The notes under the pieces: model-generated
Database searches by the model: none
What the model was told of the DNA's origin: nothing
What the model saw: the letters and a program-made list of their open reading frames with translations, nothing else
NCBI RefSeq assembly: GCF_009914755.1
Contig: NC_060939.1
Source of the DNA: the human T2T-CHM13v2.0 reference genome, Homo sapiens
DNA: 64,000 nucleotides
Reading direction: 5' to 3' (one strand)
Program-made: the position numbers and the translations under genes
Part shown: piece by piece, positions 1-15,019 of the stretch
How the letters are laid out: each line of letters begins with the position of its first letter
Numbering within the stretch: the stretch's first letter is position 1

Positions 1-1226
1 CAATACTGGACCTGTGAGTTATTTAATAACTCAGCCCCCACCCCTGCTCTTTTGTTTCTTGGTTCCCAGAAACTAGAGGGAAATATTTTTCATTGATCAA
101 TGTGTAATCTCCCAAGAGATTCTCACAGAGAATAAACATCTCGAAGTGTTCCCAACATCCATCATGACCTAGTCCTTCAATTCTTCCAAAAGTGGCTACT
201 TTGAAGGTCCAGACCTAAATAGCCACCTGTGTACAGCGAGTCATGTGCCACGCAAGAAGTCTAGGACTCAAATTCCTCCCTCTACCTTTTCCCAACAAAT
301 CAAATAATGACCAGTGAGTCTTGCCTCACCCTTCTAAATATATCACCTGGCTAAGTGATATCTCTAGGTGTAGGATTTATTTTAAATGCAGGAGAGGGAG
401 GGTGGTTTTGTCCCCCCCACCCTCTCTACCCTGCACCTAAGTTAAATCCTACATCTGTGTCTGTGTATTTTCATAATCCCCTGTGCCCAATTCTATCATG
501 GCAAAGTCAAATGTCATAAAATTGTCTCACTGCATGCTTGTTTTCTCTAGGAGACTATGAGTTCCTTGAAGAATATAACTATCTTTGCTCGCTCTCTTCT
601 CAATATATGCCTGACCCAGTATTTGGCAGATGGATGGAGGGATGCATGTGTGGGTGGAGGATCAGTGAGGAGCATTCCTGAGAGGAGATCCCTACCTTCC
701 CCTTGCCTGCAGGCTCACTGTGGACACACAAGTTCAAATCACCTCAATCAGGAGGAAATTCTTGGCCTCATTACTTAAGATGGTTCTTAAGAACAAACTA
801 TTTTTAAAGAAAAATCAATTTACGTTCAAAGACAATAAGTCCCTAAACACTAACTTTGGGAGGAAACCGCAAAGAAACAGCTCTAAGTAGTGAAAGGCTT
901 GTCTTAGAGGCTAGACCGTGTTTAAATTCCAAATCAAACAGGCTGCTGTCCCGACCCCATTTCCATTTCTTTATGCAGCCACAATGTAGCTCTGCTATAG
1001 CCTAAAAGGCCTGGTTTCAATTCTTCCAGGTGGAACATGCCTGCCTCAATAATTAAAGGCACTTGATCTACCAAGATTAAAGCCTCTTTTGAACCTGGAA
1101 AAATGTAAGTCCCAAGAAAAGGCGGTAAACTTTCACCAGCAGAAATCCTCTACATCTCATCATACTCTCCTCAGCACATGAAATACCAGCTATCGGTTCA
1201 GGTTGCTGACTTACACAGGATCCAGG

Positions 1227-1412
1227 GAGAGTTACCACATAAAACACAGGCTACACAGTTACATTTATTTCAGATAAACAATAACTAATTTTTGTATTTG
1301 TATGCCCATGAAATATCTGGGACGTATTTATTCTAAAAATTGTCCATTATTTATCTAAAATCCAAATTTCACTGAATCTCCTATATTTTATTTACTGTCT
1401 CTGGCAACCATA
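1227..1412. mobile_element. MER53-like palindromic non-autonomous DNA transposon
   Basis: GTTACCACATAAAACACAGG...TTTCAGATAAACAA...TTTATCTAAAATCCAAATTT...CTGGCAACCATA; self-complementary arms; ~190 bp. Confidence 0.75.
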
Positions 1413-2276
1413 ATTCCAGGGTGCAGGGCCAAGTGTCTCATCTGAGATTCTTGTGAAAGTAGATAGTTCACTGCGAGTTAAAATAAAAGTTCTATCCCTT
1501 GGCTGGATGCTGCCATGTGGAAAATACTTGTTCTTAGTGCTCAGTCCAAGCTGGTCATCCCTGATGGAGCTACAGCTCTTCATGCCCTCCTAGCCTCATT
1601 TCAAAGCCAGCTTGAGCTCATAAAATCAGAACATGTTGCCGATGTATTCTCCCAGAATTCTCTCAAATCCGTCAACCGGATAATTACTAAAAATGAAAAT
1701 CATAACTCCGATCCCGTGCACAGCAATGTGAATGGAGAACCCCCCAGGAGAATGAAGGCATTGTCCAGAGGAGCCTTTCCTTTTCTAGAATCATCTTGGG
1801 GCTTGTGACAGCAGTTCCAGCAGTCACACGTCAGTGTCTAGACATCTTTCATGCTTATTTCCTTCTCTTTGGCTCCAGGTGCAAATAGGCAGGGTGTGCA
1901 GGAGAGTAAGGTGAAAGATACACCTGGGCTGCAAAGTTTCCGGAGACGTGAAGTCTCAGAGCAGATCAAACATGCAGTCAGCACCTGAGAGAAAGTGTTG
2001 CATCCCAGGTGCCTCATTCCCCTCACCTTAGTCCTGGCCCTGCAAAAATAGGTTATTTCCTTTTCAACCAGAATGGTTTGTGAGACAAGAGTTTGGCATT
2101 TCTAACTGGTTTCATATCATTTCCGGGTGGAAACAATCCAGATTTACGAGGAAAGAGATTGCAATCTTTTAGCAAATGCCTAACACAGTCCCTCACAGAC
2201 AGAGGATAGTCATCAGCGTGACATCCTTAGCACATGGGTCTGACTCTGTCCTCATCAACTTGGCAAGCCAGTAGAG

Positions 2277-2716
2277 CATGCATTCATTTCCTAGGCTGTT
2301 GTAATACAGCACTGCAGACTGGGTGGCTTAAACACAGGAATTTGGCGTCTCACACTTTTGGAGCCTAGGAGACTAAAAGCATGGTGTGTCAGCAGGGATG
2401 CTTCCTTCTCAAGAGCTACGAGGGAGAACCCGTTCCAGGTCTCTCTCCTGGTGGGTCACTGGCCATCTTTGCTGTTTCCTGGCTGGCAGATGCCTGCCTT
2501 CATCTCCACGTGGTGTTCTCCCTGTGGGCATGTTTTTCTCCACATTCCCCTTTATTAGGACGCTAGTCATATTGGATTAAGGCACACCCTAACGGACTCA
2601 TTTTAATTTAATTACCTTTGTAAAGACCCTACCTCCAAATAGGGTCACATTCTGAGGTACTGGGGGGTAGGAATTCCATACATGGAATTTGGAGGAACAC
2701 AATTCAATCCATAATA
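2277..2716 (-). mobile_element. MLT1 (MLT1B/C-like) MaLR solo LTR
   Basis: GGGTGGCTTAAA...TCTCACA...CTCCAAATAGGGTCACATTCTGAGGTACTGGGGG...ACACAATTCAATCCATAA is typical of the MLT1 reverse strand. Confidence 0.75.
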
Positions 2717-3374
2717 GAGCACCTCTACACTGACTGTAGAAGGACATGCTTGTGGACTCTCAAGGCCTCCTGGACAGGTGATTGTTTCCCTCCAATTTAA
2801 TTTCTGTAAGTGCATATCTTTTTGCCCTCCCTCTAACCAATCCTGGCCCTGATGTCCACACCGCTAAGTCATGCTGGACAAAACCCTTCAACACTCTGGC
2901 TCCCCGCCTATTATCCGGCACTGCCAGAAGTAAGTGGACTTCAAAGACCCTTCCTGCTCCACATTATTGTTTTTCTACTTGCTTCATTACAAGCATCACT
3001 ATGGGGGAAAATGGCATTAAAGGACCAAAGCATTGCAAATCCCAGGCGGGTTCTTTTTTTCCCATAAGCAACGAGCTAGAGGTCACAGGTGGAGAATGGT
3101 GGAAATCGGTGCCTGCAATTGGTTGGGGCCTATCAAGGAGACTAAGGAGAGTGACTGGGGGCTGAGGCAGTAGTCTAAAGGGTCAACTGGGGTTCCTTCC
3201 CAACAATGCACCATGTGGCATCGAAAGCAGGAGCATCTACAGGAGAGCAGGACAAGATGTGGAGGTGGGAGGAGGAAATGATGTGGGGGGCGGGGAAGGA
3301 GGCAGGGGGGCACATTGGACTGCTGAAAAACACCATTGTACTGAGGAATCAGCCAGTAATAAGTTTGTGATCTT

Positions 3375-3510
3375 GTTCTTTCTAGAATTGCTGTGTGACC
3401 TTGGGCAAAATCCTTAACCTCTCTGAACCTTATTTTCCCCCATTTAAAAATGGGATCATGATACCTGCCTCACAGGCTTGTTGAAAGATTAAACAAGTAA
3501 GGCACCACAA
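3375..3510 (+). mobile_element. MIR fragment
   Basis: MIR core GCTGTGTGACCTTGGGCAA...CTTAACCTCTCTGAACCT...AAAATGGG. Confidence 0.7.
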
Positions 3511-3879
3511 CCTGGCACACCTATCCTATCCGAGGGAAGTGGATTCTCACTGTCAATTTCCTTTCTGGCTTCCTGGAAGAACTTTTAAAATATGACTCCA
3601 TCCTGGCAGAAGTGTCCAGGCAGCGCCATCAGAGAGACAGTGGAAGGACTGAGGTGGGAGGAAAGCGCTGCAGTTCTGCAGGTCCCAGGCTGCTGTCCAT
3701 GGTCGTGATGGTCTTGGGGCTGCAGGAAGAAGAAACTGAATAAAGGTGGCCTGTTGGTTCAGCGAGGACTCAGGGGCCAAGATACGAGAGGCTCACTCAG
3801 GGGCCCTTTCCAGAGAGGTCAGGAACTGTGGACAATTAAGACCAAAGAGGCTGAGAAGAGCTCTCTGGTTTCTGGCAAC

Positions 3880-4130
3880 AGACGTCGCCCAGACCTGGAG
3901 ATTTCCCAAACCCCCAGGAGATGAGGCACTGAGCAAGCCCGACACCCGGCCCTGCCGACGCGAGGTGGCGCCGCACAGCCAGGAAGCCCGAGGCGGCGCC
4001 TCCGCGCACCGCTCCCAGAGCCCGGCAGTGGGAGGTTTTCCACCGGACCTCATCCCAGGCGGCAGGCTCTGCTCAGCCCCTGGCTTCTTGCTGCCTTCCT
4101 AGTCGCGTTTGCTGAGTAACACGCCACCTT
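3880..4130. promoter_or_regulatory. Orphan CpG-rich islet with two CTCF-like motifs
   Basis: Dense CpGs; ACGCGAGGTGGCGCC (3958-3972) and GCCCGAGGCGGCGCC (3986-4000). Confidence 0.6.
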
Positions 4131-4439
4131 TTATTTCTTCACACTCAACCCCCTGCAGAGATGTATAGGCACGTTGTGATGACCAGACTGTTTGTCTCCT
4201 CTGTTAGTTTTTCCTTAGTTAAAATGAGGTTTGAAGGACTGGTCAGGAGGAAACCGAAGGAACAAAATCATTCTAAACCTTGTGGCTGGCGCCCATGGGT
4301 GAGGTCTGAGTTCAATAATGAGCATTTACAAAGTGATCATGTAGAAAGAGAGGAGGAGGAGGAGGGCTAGCTAAAACAAAACAAAACAAACAAAAAAACC
4401 CCATAAGACAGTTTCTGGTGAAATTCAACACACTGCACC

Positions 4440-5260
<821 letters not shown>

Positions 5261-6502
5261 TACTGTTCCACGATGGTACAGGAGATTTCAAACCATTCTA
5301 ACTTTCTGTTCTTATATCCTTTTGAAAGATTTCTCTTAGCAAGTTTTTTCTCTATTGTGAAGAATATGGCCTATTTCTGGCATCTGTCTCTCCTGTCCAT
5401 TTTTTTGTTTTGTTTTGTTTGGAAAATGTAGCTAAAGACTTCATTAGCTTTATTAAATGCTTATGCTTCCAACTAATGAATTGTCCAAATCCTCATCATA
5501 AGACTTCAATTTCACTCATTAGAACCTTAATTGTCAAGCAGCGGAAATGATTCTTATTGTTTGTCCTAATTGCTATTAGGAAGGAGTACCAGAATTATTT
5601 GTAATTTATTAGTCACATAAAAATAATGAGGGATAAATAAAGTTATTTTCCCTGAAGTTATTTTCAAGGTACAGACGCAAGGAGGGGTGTGTTTAAGGAA
5701 AGCCATACCAGGCTTCTCTGGGAGGGAGGACAAGTCTGTCTCTGGGAATCTCTACTCGCCGTGCTAATCCTCAGAATCACTCCTTTTCTACCCTGTTCAA
5801 GCACTTGGGGTCTTGAAGAGTGATTCTGAGGATAAGCACAGCAAGTAGAGATTCCCAGATCCCTGGAGCCTGGAGGGATTGCTTACTGTTGCCCCCATCA
5901 GAACCCACTCTTGGAAAAGATCTTGTGCTGGTCAATTTCACCTCCTTCCCAATGGGACACAGACGTGTCACTTCTGTCACTTCTCCTTCCTGGCGTCAGG
6001 GAACCAAGCGCTGGAGAGATGGAGTTGCCGCATTCCACGACCAGGAGCCAGGAATCTGGAGGACATGATCAATGACTTCTGATTGGCAATGGTGTGCAAG
6101 GGGTACGCTGAACAAGGTATGTCCCTGGCTGAAGGGACATATGGGGCCAACCCCAAAGCCATAGACCCTAGAGTCTTTTCCTTCACCTAGAGGGAGAGCC
6201 TTTCCTTTTGCCTGTCACATACATTCAGAGGGACCATCTATTTGTAATTTGCACAATTCACCAGTGAGGTTGACAGTGGCCCTAAATTTATCTTCTAGAA
6301 GACCAAATTGCCATTATGATCAATGCACCTATTTTCACACCCAGTTATGAAGAATACAGACAGGATGTGGACCTCCCACAAAGAATTTACATGCTAGCCA
6401 AGGAGTGGAAAACAATGCCAGAAGCTAGACCTCCTTCCCCATCCTACCCTCTTCACTTAGCCCATTCCTGTTTGGTCTTTCCTCCCCTCTTTGATTCTCT
6501 CA

Positions 6503-6868
<366 letters not shown>

Positions 6869-7199
6869 TGGTGCCAGAATTTACACACACATTTATATTG
6901 TGTTTTATATATATATACACATATATATATAATCACAATGACTTACTAAGGTCATAGCCTATTTCCTTGTGTATATAATGAGGATAACAAAGGTCCCTAC
7001 CTCCAAGGATTGCTGTAAAGATTACACAGAAAAATGCACTCTTTCATTTGTTTAATGCCCCTGTGATATTCTACTGATAGCGGAGGAACTGAGGCAGGAC
7101 TTCCACAGGTGCACACTAATAACTGGGGAGCTCTAGAAAGAGAGGGAAGCACCCAGATGTCAGGCCAGTCACCAGCCTATCTTCTTTCCTATCTTGCTT

Positions 7200-7660
7200 C
7201 CCAATAATAGAACCTGTTTTAGTTGGGGTGGTATTGTTTCTAGGGCCATTTCCTGGCCTAGCTTGTAGCTAGGTACATCCACGAAACTAAGTTCTGACTA
7301 ATGAGATATAAGCTGACATTATTGGAGAGGGTTATGAGAAATCTCTTTAAATGGTAGAAAAATGGCTGTGCAAACTCTTTTTGTCCCTCTCTTCTTCATT
7401 TTTCTGTCTGGATCATGGATGTAATGGCTGGAGCTCTGGTAGCTGTCTTGGACCATGAAGCAACCTTAAGGATGAAAGCAAAGTGATAAGAGTGCAGAGC
7501 AGCAACACAGAGGAAGACTGGTTTCCCAGTGAGCCTATGGAGTCCTCACACCAGCTCTGACGTGCTTTCCTCTAGATTGTGATATGTGAGAAAAACATCC
7601 TTTCATCACATTCTGTTTAGTCTCTGCTCTTAGTAGTCAAACACAATGTCTCACTGATAT
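7200..7660 (+). mobile_element. Old MLT1 (J/K-like) LTR
   Basis: ACTAAGTTCTGACTAATGAGATATAAG...GATGTAATGGCTGGAGCTC...GTCTTGGACCATGA. Confidence 0.55.
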
Positions 7661-7933
7661 AGCAAACATGACCAAGATACCCTCAACTTTACACAGCTTA
7701 CAATCTCATTTGTTGGAACTAACACAATATGAGAACTTTGGGATACTGGATTACAGGAGGCATATAGGAAACCTGGAAGATAAAGGAAAATTTCTCCAGA
7801 GAAGTCAAACCTCGGATTGGAATTAAGGATTGGTCAAAGTTAGCCCCATAGAGAAGAGAGAGAAGTGTGTTCCAAGAGAACAGCATGCAGAAGGGCCCAG
7901 AGGCAGCGGAGGAAGCACAGCCTGCTTATGTTA

Positions 7934-8332
<399 letters not shown>

Positions 8333-10091
8333 TCACTTCTAAGCAGAGAAGGGACTAAAAAGGCAAGTCTGAAAGCAGGAGATAGGTGGAGGCTCATGCA
8401 GAAATCCAGATAAGATACCAATGCACCTAGAACTGGCAGGGTGCTGGCAGTGGGAGGAGAGATGGATGGATTTGAGTGATGCTTGACAAATAGAATTGGC
8501 AGGACATGGAAAGTAAGGGAATACAGTCAAGAGAGGGTCTCAGTGTGTGCTGGCTTGAACCAATTTCACAACAAGAGAATCAGCTCAGCCTGCCACATTG
8601 CACCCAACACCACTGCAGAAAAGTCTTGTTTTGTAGCAAGAGATTGGTTCTCTAGCCTCCCTTGTGGATATGTCCATGGGTCAGCCCCGGCCCAGCCATT
8701 CATTACTACTGAAAATATGTAAGAAAAACCTTTTTCATTTACAAAGTAACATTATATATAAGGTTAAAATGTGATGGGTATTAACTTGCAGAGAAATATT
8801 TCAAGGTTTCTTGTGAAGGTAAAAAGTGGTAGGTAGTTTTTTATACAGATAAGTGCATGACAATTAGCTTACAGAAAAATGATCCCAACTATTCTTAGAG
8901 TACAAATTCTGTGGTTCTTTTCCAGCAATGTCGTCAGTCTCAACTCTCAGAGATGATTTGGGGAAGGGTTCTGAGATTTAGTATATGAAAATGCGGGGCA
9001 TCAAGAAGGAACATCCTAGGAATAAAGAGAAACCCACCTCACTTCAAAGAGAGCAGTCTCTCATTGAATTGCCCAGTGCAGTTCTGAGGACCAACATCAA
9101 CAGGGTGGAAGTAACCATGCAAGTGCAGTGACAGTGGCTGCCATGAGAGGGCAGCCTAACACGGTTCCTGTAGGAATCGGGGCTGCTCAAGGCTGAGAGG
9201 TATAGATGGCCTAGGGCTTCAATATGACCAACACAATCCCACTTAGAGAATTCTCTCATTGTAGAAGTAGTGCAAAATATGGGGTTGAGGAACACATCCT
9301 TAAGAAAGGTGATTTCAATATAATAAGTAAGAGGAAAACTGGAAGCAATATGAATATCTAACACTAAAGAAATGGCCAAGGAAATTATGATATATGCAGA
9401 ATAGCATGCTTTTTCCATCAAAAATTATAAGGAATGAAACAATAATGTTGCATTTTCAATGCAAGACACAATGTGCTAGATATGAACATGAAATGTATTT
9501 AAATATACAATTAAAAACTAAATTACTATGGGAAATATGGGCAGGAAAAGGTAAATGTTATAATAAGCCTTCATAATATTAAAAAAAAGACTTAGTCATC
9601 AAACAAGAAGTGCAAGTCAGGAAAGACGTATAAATTGGAAAGGAAAAAGTCAACCATCTAGAAAATTCTAAACTGTCTCTTAAGTAATTCTTGTTTTTGT
9701 TTTTTTTTAAGGCAGAACAGCAAGAAAAAAATGTGTTTTTTCGATTCATGGCATTAAAACCTACATAATTAAATAAGAAAAAATTAATGAGTTAAACATC
9801 CAGTTCAAAATGTTAAGTAAAACAAAAATAAAATAAACTCACATAACACATGGAAGAGGATAATAAAGGAATGAAAGAAATACAAAACAGAAAAAAAGTA
9901 GAGCATTTTCAAGGAAAATACAAGGCACAAAACTGACCCCAGAAGAGGGAGAAAACATAAATAAAACAAGAAAAGTGAAAAAAATAAAATAAAAAAGAAA
10001 TAGTAAATAGCAGTAGCATTCATGAACAGAGTTATTTCCCTACAATAGAAAATATTGTTATTTATTAAAAGGATAAAGGTCGTTAGAATGA

Positions 10092-10468
<377 letters not shown>

Positions 10469-10544
10469 CCTTGTGTGATATTTAAAGACCCATGTAGACA
10501 TATGGTATTAGATAAGTTTGTGATATTAAGGACCTATTGTAATC

Positions 10545-10805
10545 GGGGCAGCGTGGTGCGCTAGGTAATACTGAGACTCAGGAGCCAGATTCTCTGGATT
10601 TGAATCCTGGCTTCACCACTTTCTAGCTGTGTGATTGTCAGCAGTGTCCTTAGCTTCTCTGTGCCTTAGCTTCTTCATCGGTGAAATGGTAACAACAATA
10701 GACCCTAATTCATAGAGCTATGGGAATTAAATGGGCTAATTATTACAAAGTACTTTAGAACAGTGTCTGATAGTAACATAATAAATGCCTACTAAATATT
10801 AGCTG
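10545..10805 (+). mobile_element. MIR
   Basis: GGATTTGAATCCTGGCTTCACCACTTTCTAGCTGTGTGA...TCTGTGCCTTAG...CTTTAGAACAGTGTCTG. Confidence 0.75.
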
Positions 10806-11174
10806 TGGTGATCCCTCCTAAAAGCATTACTAGGAACTGTCCTTGGGAAATTGGGTGGAGGGTGCTTAGAGGCAAAATGAGCAAAGCCTCCATTTTTCTG
10901 TGTTCCTTTCTGAACTTCTTGCATTTCCTAGGCATCCACATTACTAAATAGGACTGTGTGGACACTGGAATCATGGGACACTTTGGTTTTCCTCTTCATC
11001 CTTTTCTATATTTATAATATATATATATAATACATATATACTTATCTGTATTCAAAAATAATTATATATAATATTTTTAAATGTTGTGTTTGTACTTAGC
11101 ACAACTATGTAAAAATAGAAACAAATGGAAAATTATTAGAAGGAAAATCTTAAAAATTATAGGACTTTTGTTAG

Positions 11175-11420
<246 letters not shown>

Positions 11421-11965
11421 TAAATACACTAGCTTCAGATGATATATTTTTGTAAAATATTTCAATGTAAGGTAAAAATACTTCCTGGCCTTTTCCGTGC
11501 TTAGCCCCTCCAGGGAGGGCATCTTCTCTCTGCATTAACATAGACACATACATAGTTATAGAAATGTGTAATTGCGATGTTTTTAGCAATATAAATGCCA
11601 TCACACTTCATGTATTGTTCTGCAACTTGCTTTTTTCAATTAAAAATATGTCTTGGAAAAAGGAATTTCTATGCCAATACACAAATATCTACCTATTTAA
11701 TAGCTGCATAGATTTCTGTGATGTGTTTGTGGCAACAGTTTATGTAACTGTTTCACTATTGATGGGCATTTAGTTTGTTCCCAAATTTTACCTCTTGCCA
11801 TCAGTATTGCAACACACATACTTCTGCACATCTATTTCTCTACAATTTTTTTCTATTTTGTATATTTTTATGACATATTGCTTTTATAACTTTCAAACTA
11901 ATAAAAGTATGGATAAGAGGAACATTAGCTTGCTTTCCAAACCCAAGAATGTTCACTGTGATCTC

Positions 11966-12253
<288 letters not shown>

Positions 12254-14830
12254 TAAGTATGATCCATTTCTTAAAGCGTAACATAGCAGGGAGAATCAGA
12301 ACATCTATAAGTGCACAGTAAAGCCAGACAAAACCCCACAAACAATAAAAAATGCATCATTTTCCTCAGGAGGTTGTAGGAAGTACAAACACGGATCTGC
12401 AGTTTAGCAAATGCATGGCCGTCACAGCATTAATTGTCCAGTGGGACGTTTAGGGATAAACTACTTTTAATGGAAACATCGTGAAGGACAATCACGTCTC
12501 TTGGCGCAAGTGCCAATGACAGGCTACTGGACTAGATGGATCAAGAGCCAGCCAGAGGTGATCCATCTTGTGTCCTTACGATCACCATTACCAACCAATG
12601 ACAAGCCTTTACAAAGATCTTCCCATAACTTATTATCTTGTCTGTCTTCTAATAGGTTTACTGTTTCATGAGAAAAGACCCGCAAATCAATTAAGTAAAG
12701 CTGATTATTTTAGATAAGGAAAGTGAAATATCCTTTTTCTACTTCCCATTTTTCTTTCTCTGAATTTGCATGTAAGGCACAACAAGCTTATGTCGTTTAT
12801 CACAGCCAAGCCCCAGTGCAGCAACAGAAATTGCTGGGAACAACAACAACAAAAAAATGTGACAGACCCTCTCGAGACCTCTCAAAGGGGGAAAATGTTC
12901 CTCAGTAAGCTCTCATGTCAGTAAAGCAGAGAGACGGCGAGGCTGAGCTTCGCCCTGTTAAATATCAGAGCAGAACGTGTTATTTTGTTTAATAGGACCA
13001 CAACGTGATGCTCTTCTGAATAGACAGTTTGATTTAGGAGAAAAAAGAAAGAGAGAAAGCAATTTGGCCGGTCTTGCTCAAATCGACACACTCACTGAAG
13101 AAGAAAACAAAATAATGTATTCCGCTTAACCCCATGGTTGCAGGGTAAAAATCTCAATATGAATATTTGGGAAAGAAAAAAAATACAAGCACAGATTCAA
13201 AAAGAAAAGTTTATGAACTTTATATAAGACTATTTGGGAAAGCGTTAAGACCGAAAGGAAAGGGTCAAGTAAATTTCAAATCATTACTCCATTTGATCTG
13301 AGTTTTCGGGTGGCCTGGAAAAGAAACAATAATATTGCATTGCTCTGGCAGATTAATCTTAAAATCACATTTTAACATGTGACCTTTTATCAAAATCCCA
13401 TGTGTTCCCACTGCTCACATCAGCAGGGTTTTAGTTTCTTTCTGCCTTCAAAGTCCTCCCTCTCTCCCTCCCTGGTACCTTCCCGCACAGTATAAATGGA
13501 TCGCTCATTAGCGCCTTCCTTTTTTCCCATATTCTCATCTGATTTCTGTGCCTTCTCTTACCACATTTCTTTTGTTGATTTCATTCTGTGTGCCATTAAA
13601 ACTTAAAGCAAAAGATGATGAGGAAGCGTGATGATTTATGAAACTCTTATTTGAAAAGCAGTTGCCAAATTAAAGCCTAATTTATGGTTTTATGTCACAC
13701 TAAAGCAAGTGTCTTTCTGAAGTGTTAGTCTTTGTTCCTCCTGCACCAGAAGACCTTGTGATGAAGAGTTCCTGCCTGAACACAGCCGAATGGTCAAGTC
13801 CTTCCACAAGCACAAGCACTCAACATGCTGTTAGCCTTCGGAGGATGGCAGATTCAAAATCCAATCCAATCTCCTTTCCTTCTCCATTTACTACTACAGT
13901 GTCTGCAAAAATAAAAATCAACTCCCCTACCTCTGCTACAGATAGGAATTGCCATGTGACTCAGTTCTGACCCACGAGATATAAAGGAATCCTGCTGGTG
14001 GCTTCAGAACCCTATTCCTATCTGCCTGGAATGCAGAGAAAGTCTGGCTGAGCAGCCACCACCTTGTGACCAAGAGGGCAATGCCAAGACAATTTTGGAG
14101 ATTTAGCCTAGGCATTGCGGAGCTGCTGAATCAATGTCTTCAGCTGCCTCCTAACCAAAGCTTCTTATGATGTAAGGGAAGCAAACTCCCCAGTAAAGTT
14201 ACCTTAAGGCAGATTTCTGTTGCTCACAGGCAAATGCATCCCTAGACTAGATGATATGGGCTATAAAGATGACAGTCTAGATCCAAAGAGTTTATAACAT
14301 CTTAAGAGAGACAGGTATCTAACTAATTAACTAAAACATCAAACAATATGAAAATCAATAAGTTGAGGTAAGCAAAGTTCCACGACATGGAAGCAAAAAG
14401 AGAATTTTTTTGTTACCACTGAGACATGGGAAGCCCTCACAGAAAAGATGGAGAAGACATTGGAGCCAAGATTTGCAAAATGAGATTTCTCCCAGCCAAG
14501 AAGGGCTGGAAACCCCACATTAAGGATACAGCAAGAAGAAATGAATGACGGCCAAAGACATCTGTGATTAGTGGACTGTGCTTAGTGAGAATAATGCAGT
14601 TGGTCTCATGCCTGATCTTGACGCGTTACAGAACAGCTTTCTCAGCCCTGCCTTCTCCTAAACCATTTCCCACTCCTGTCGTTTCTGTGCTCAGTATCAG
14701 TCTTCATCACGTATATCTTCACAACAAGAAACTAGGGACAAATTACTGGCTGCTACCCTGCAAAAAGAAAAAAAAGAAAACCACAGTTTCTAACAGTTGA
14801 TAATATGAAAATCTAATGATTCCTTTTATA

Positions 14831-15019
14831 CAGGTGGTTTTCAACCAAAAGTGATCTTCTTCCTGGGGACATTTGGCAATTTCTAAAGGCGTTTTGGATT
14901 TTCACAATTGCAGGGGATGCTGCTGAACATCCCAGAGTGCACATACGGTACAGCCAGCCCCCCACAACAAAGAAGTATCTGGTCGAAAGTGGCAATAGTG
15001 CTGAGCTTAAGAAACCCTG
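14831..15019 (+). mobile_element. MER20-like hAT-Charlie non-autonomous element
   Basis: GTGGTTTTCAACC...GGGGACATTTGGCAAT...GGATGCTGCTGAACATCC...CCCCACAACAAAGAA...AATAGTGCTGAG...GAAACCCTG. Confidence 0.75.

Noticed and set aside
12936-12954. Small GC hairpin GGCGAGGC-TGA-GCTTCGCC
   Set aside because: Too short to exceed chance, with no ncRNA context.
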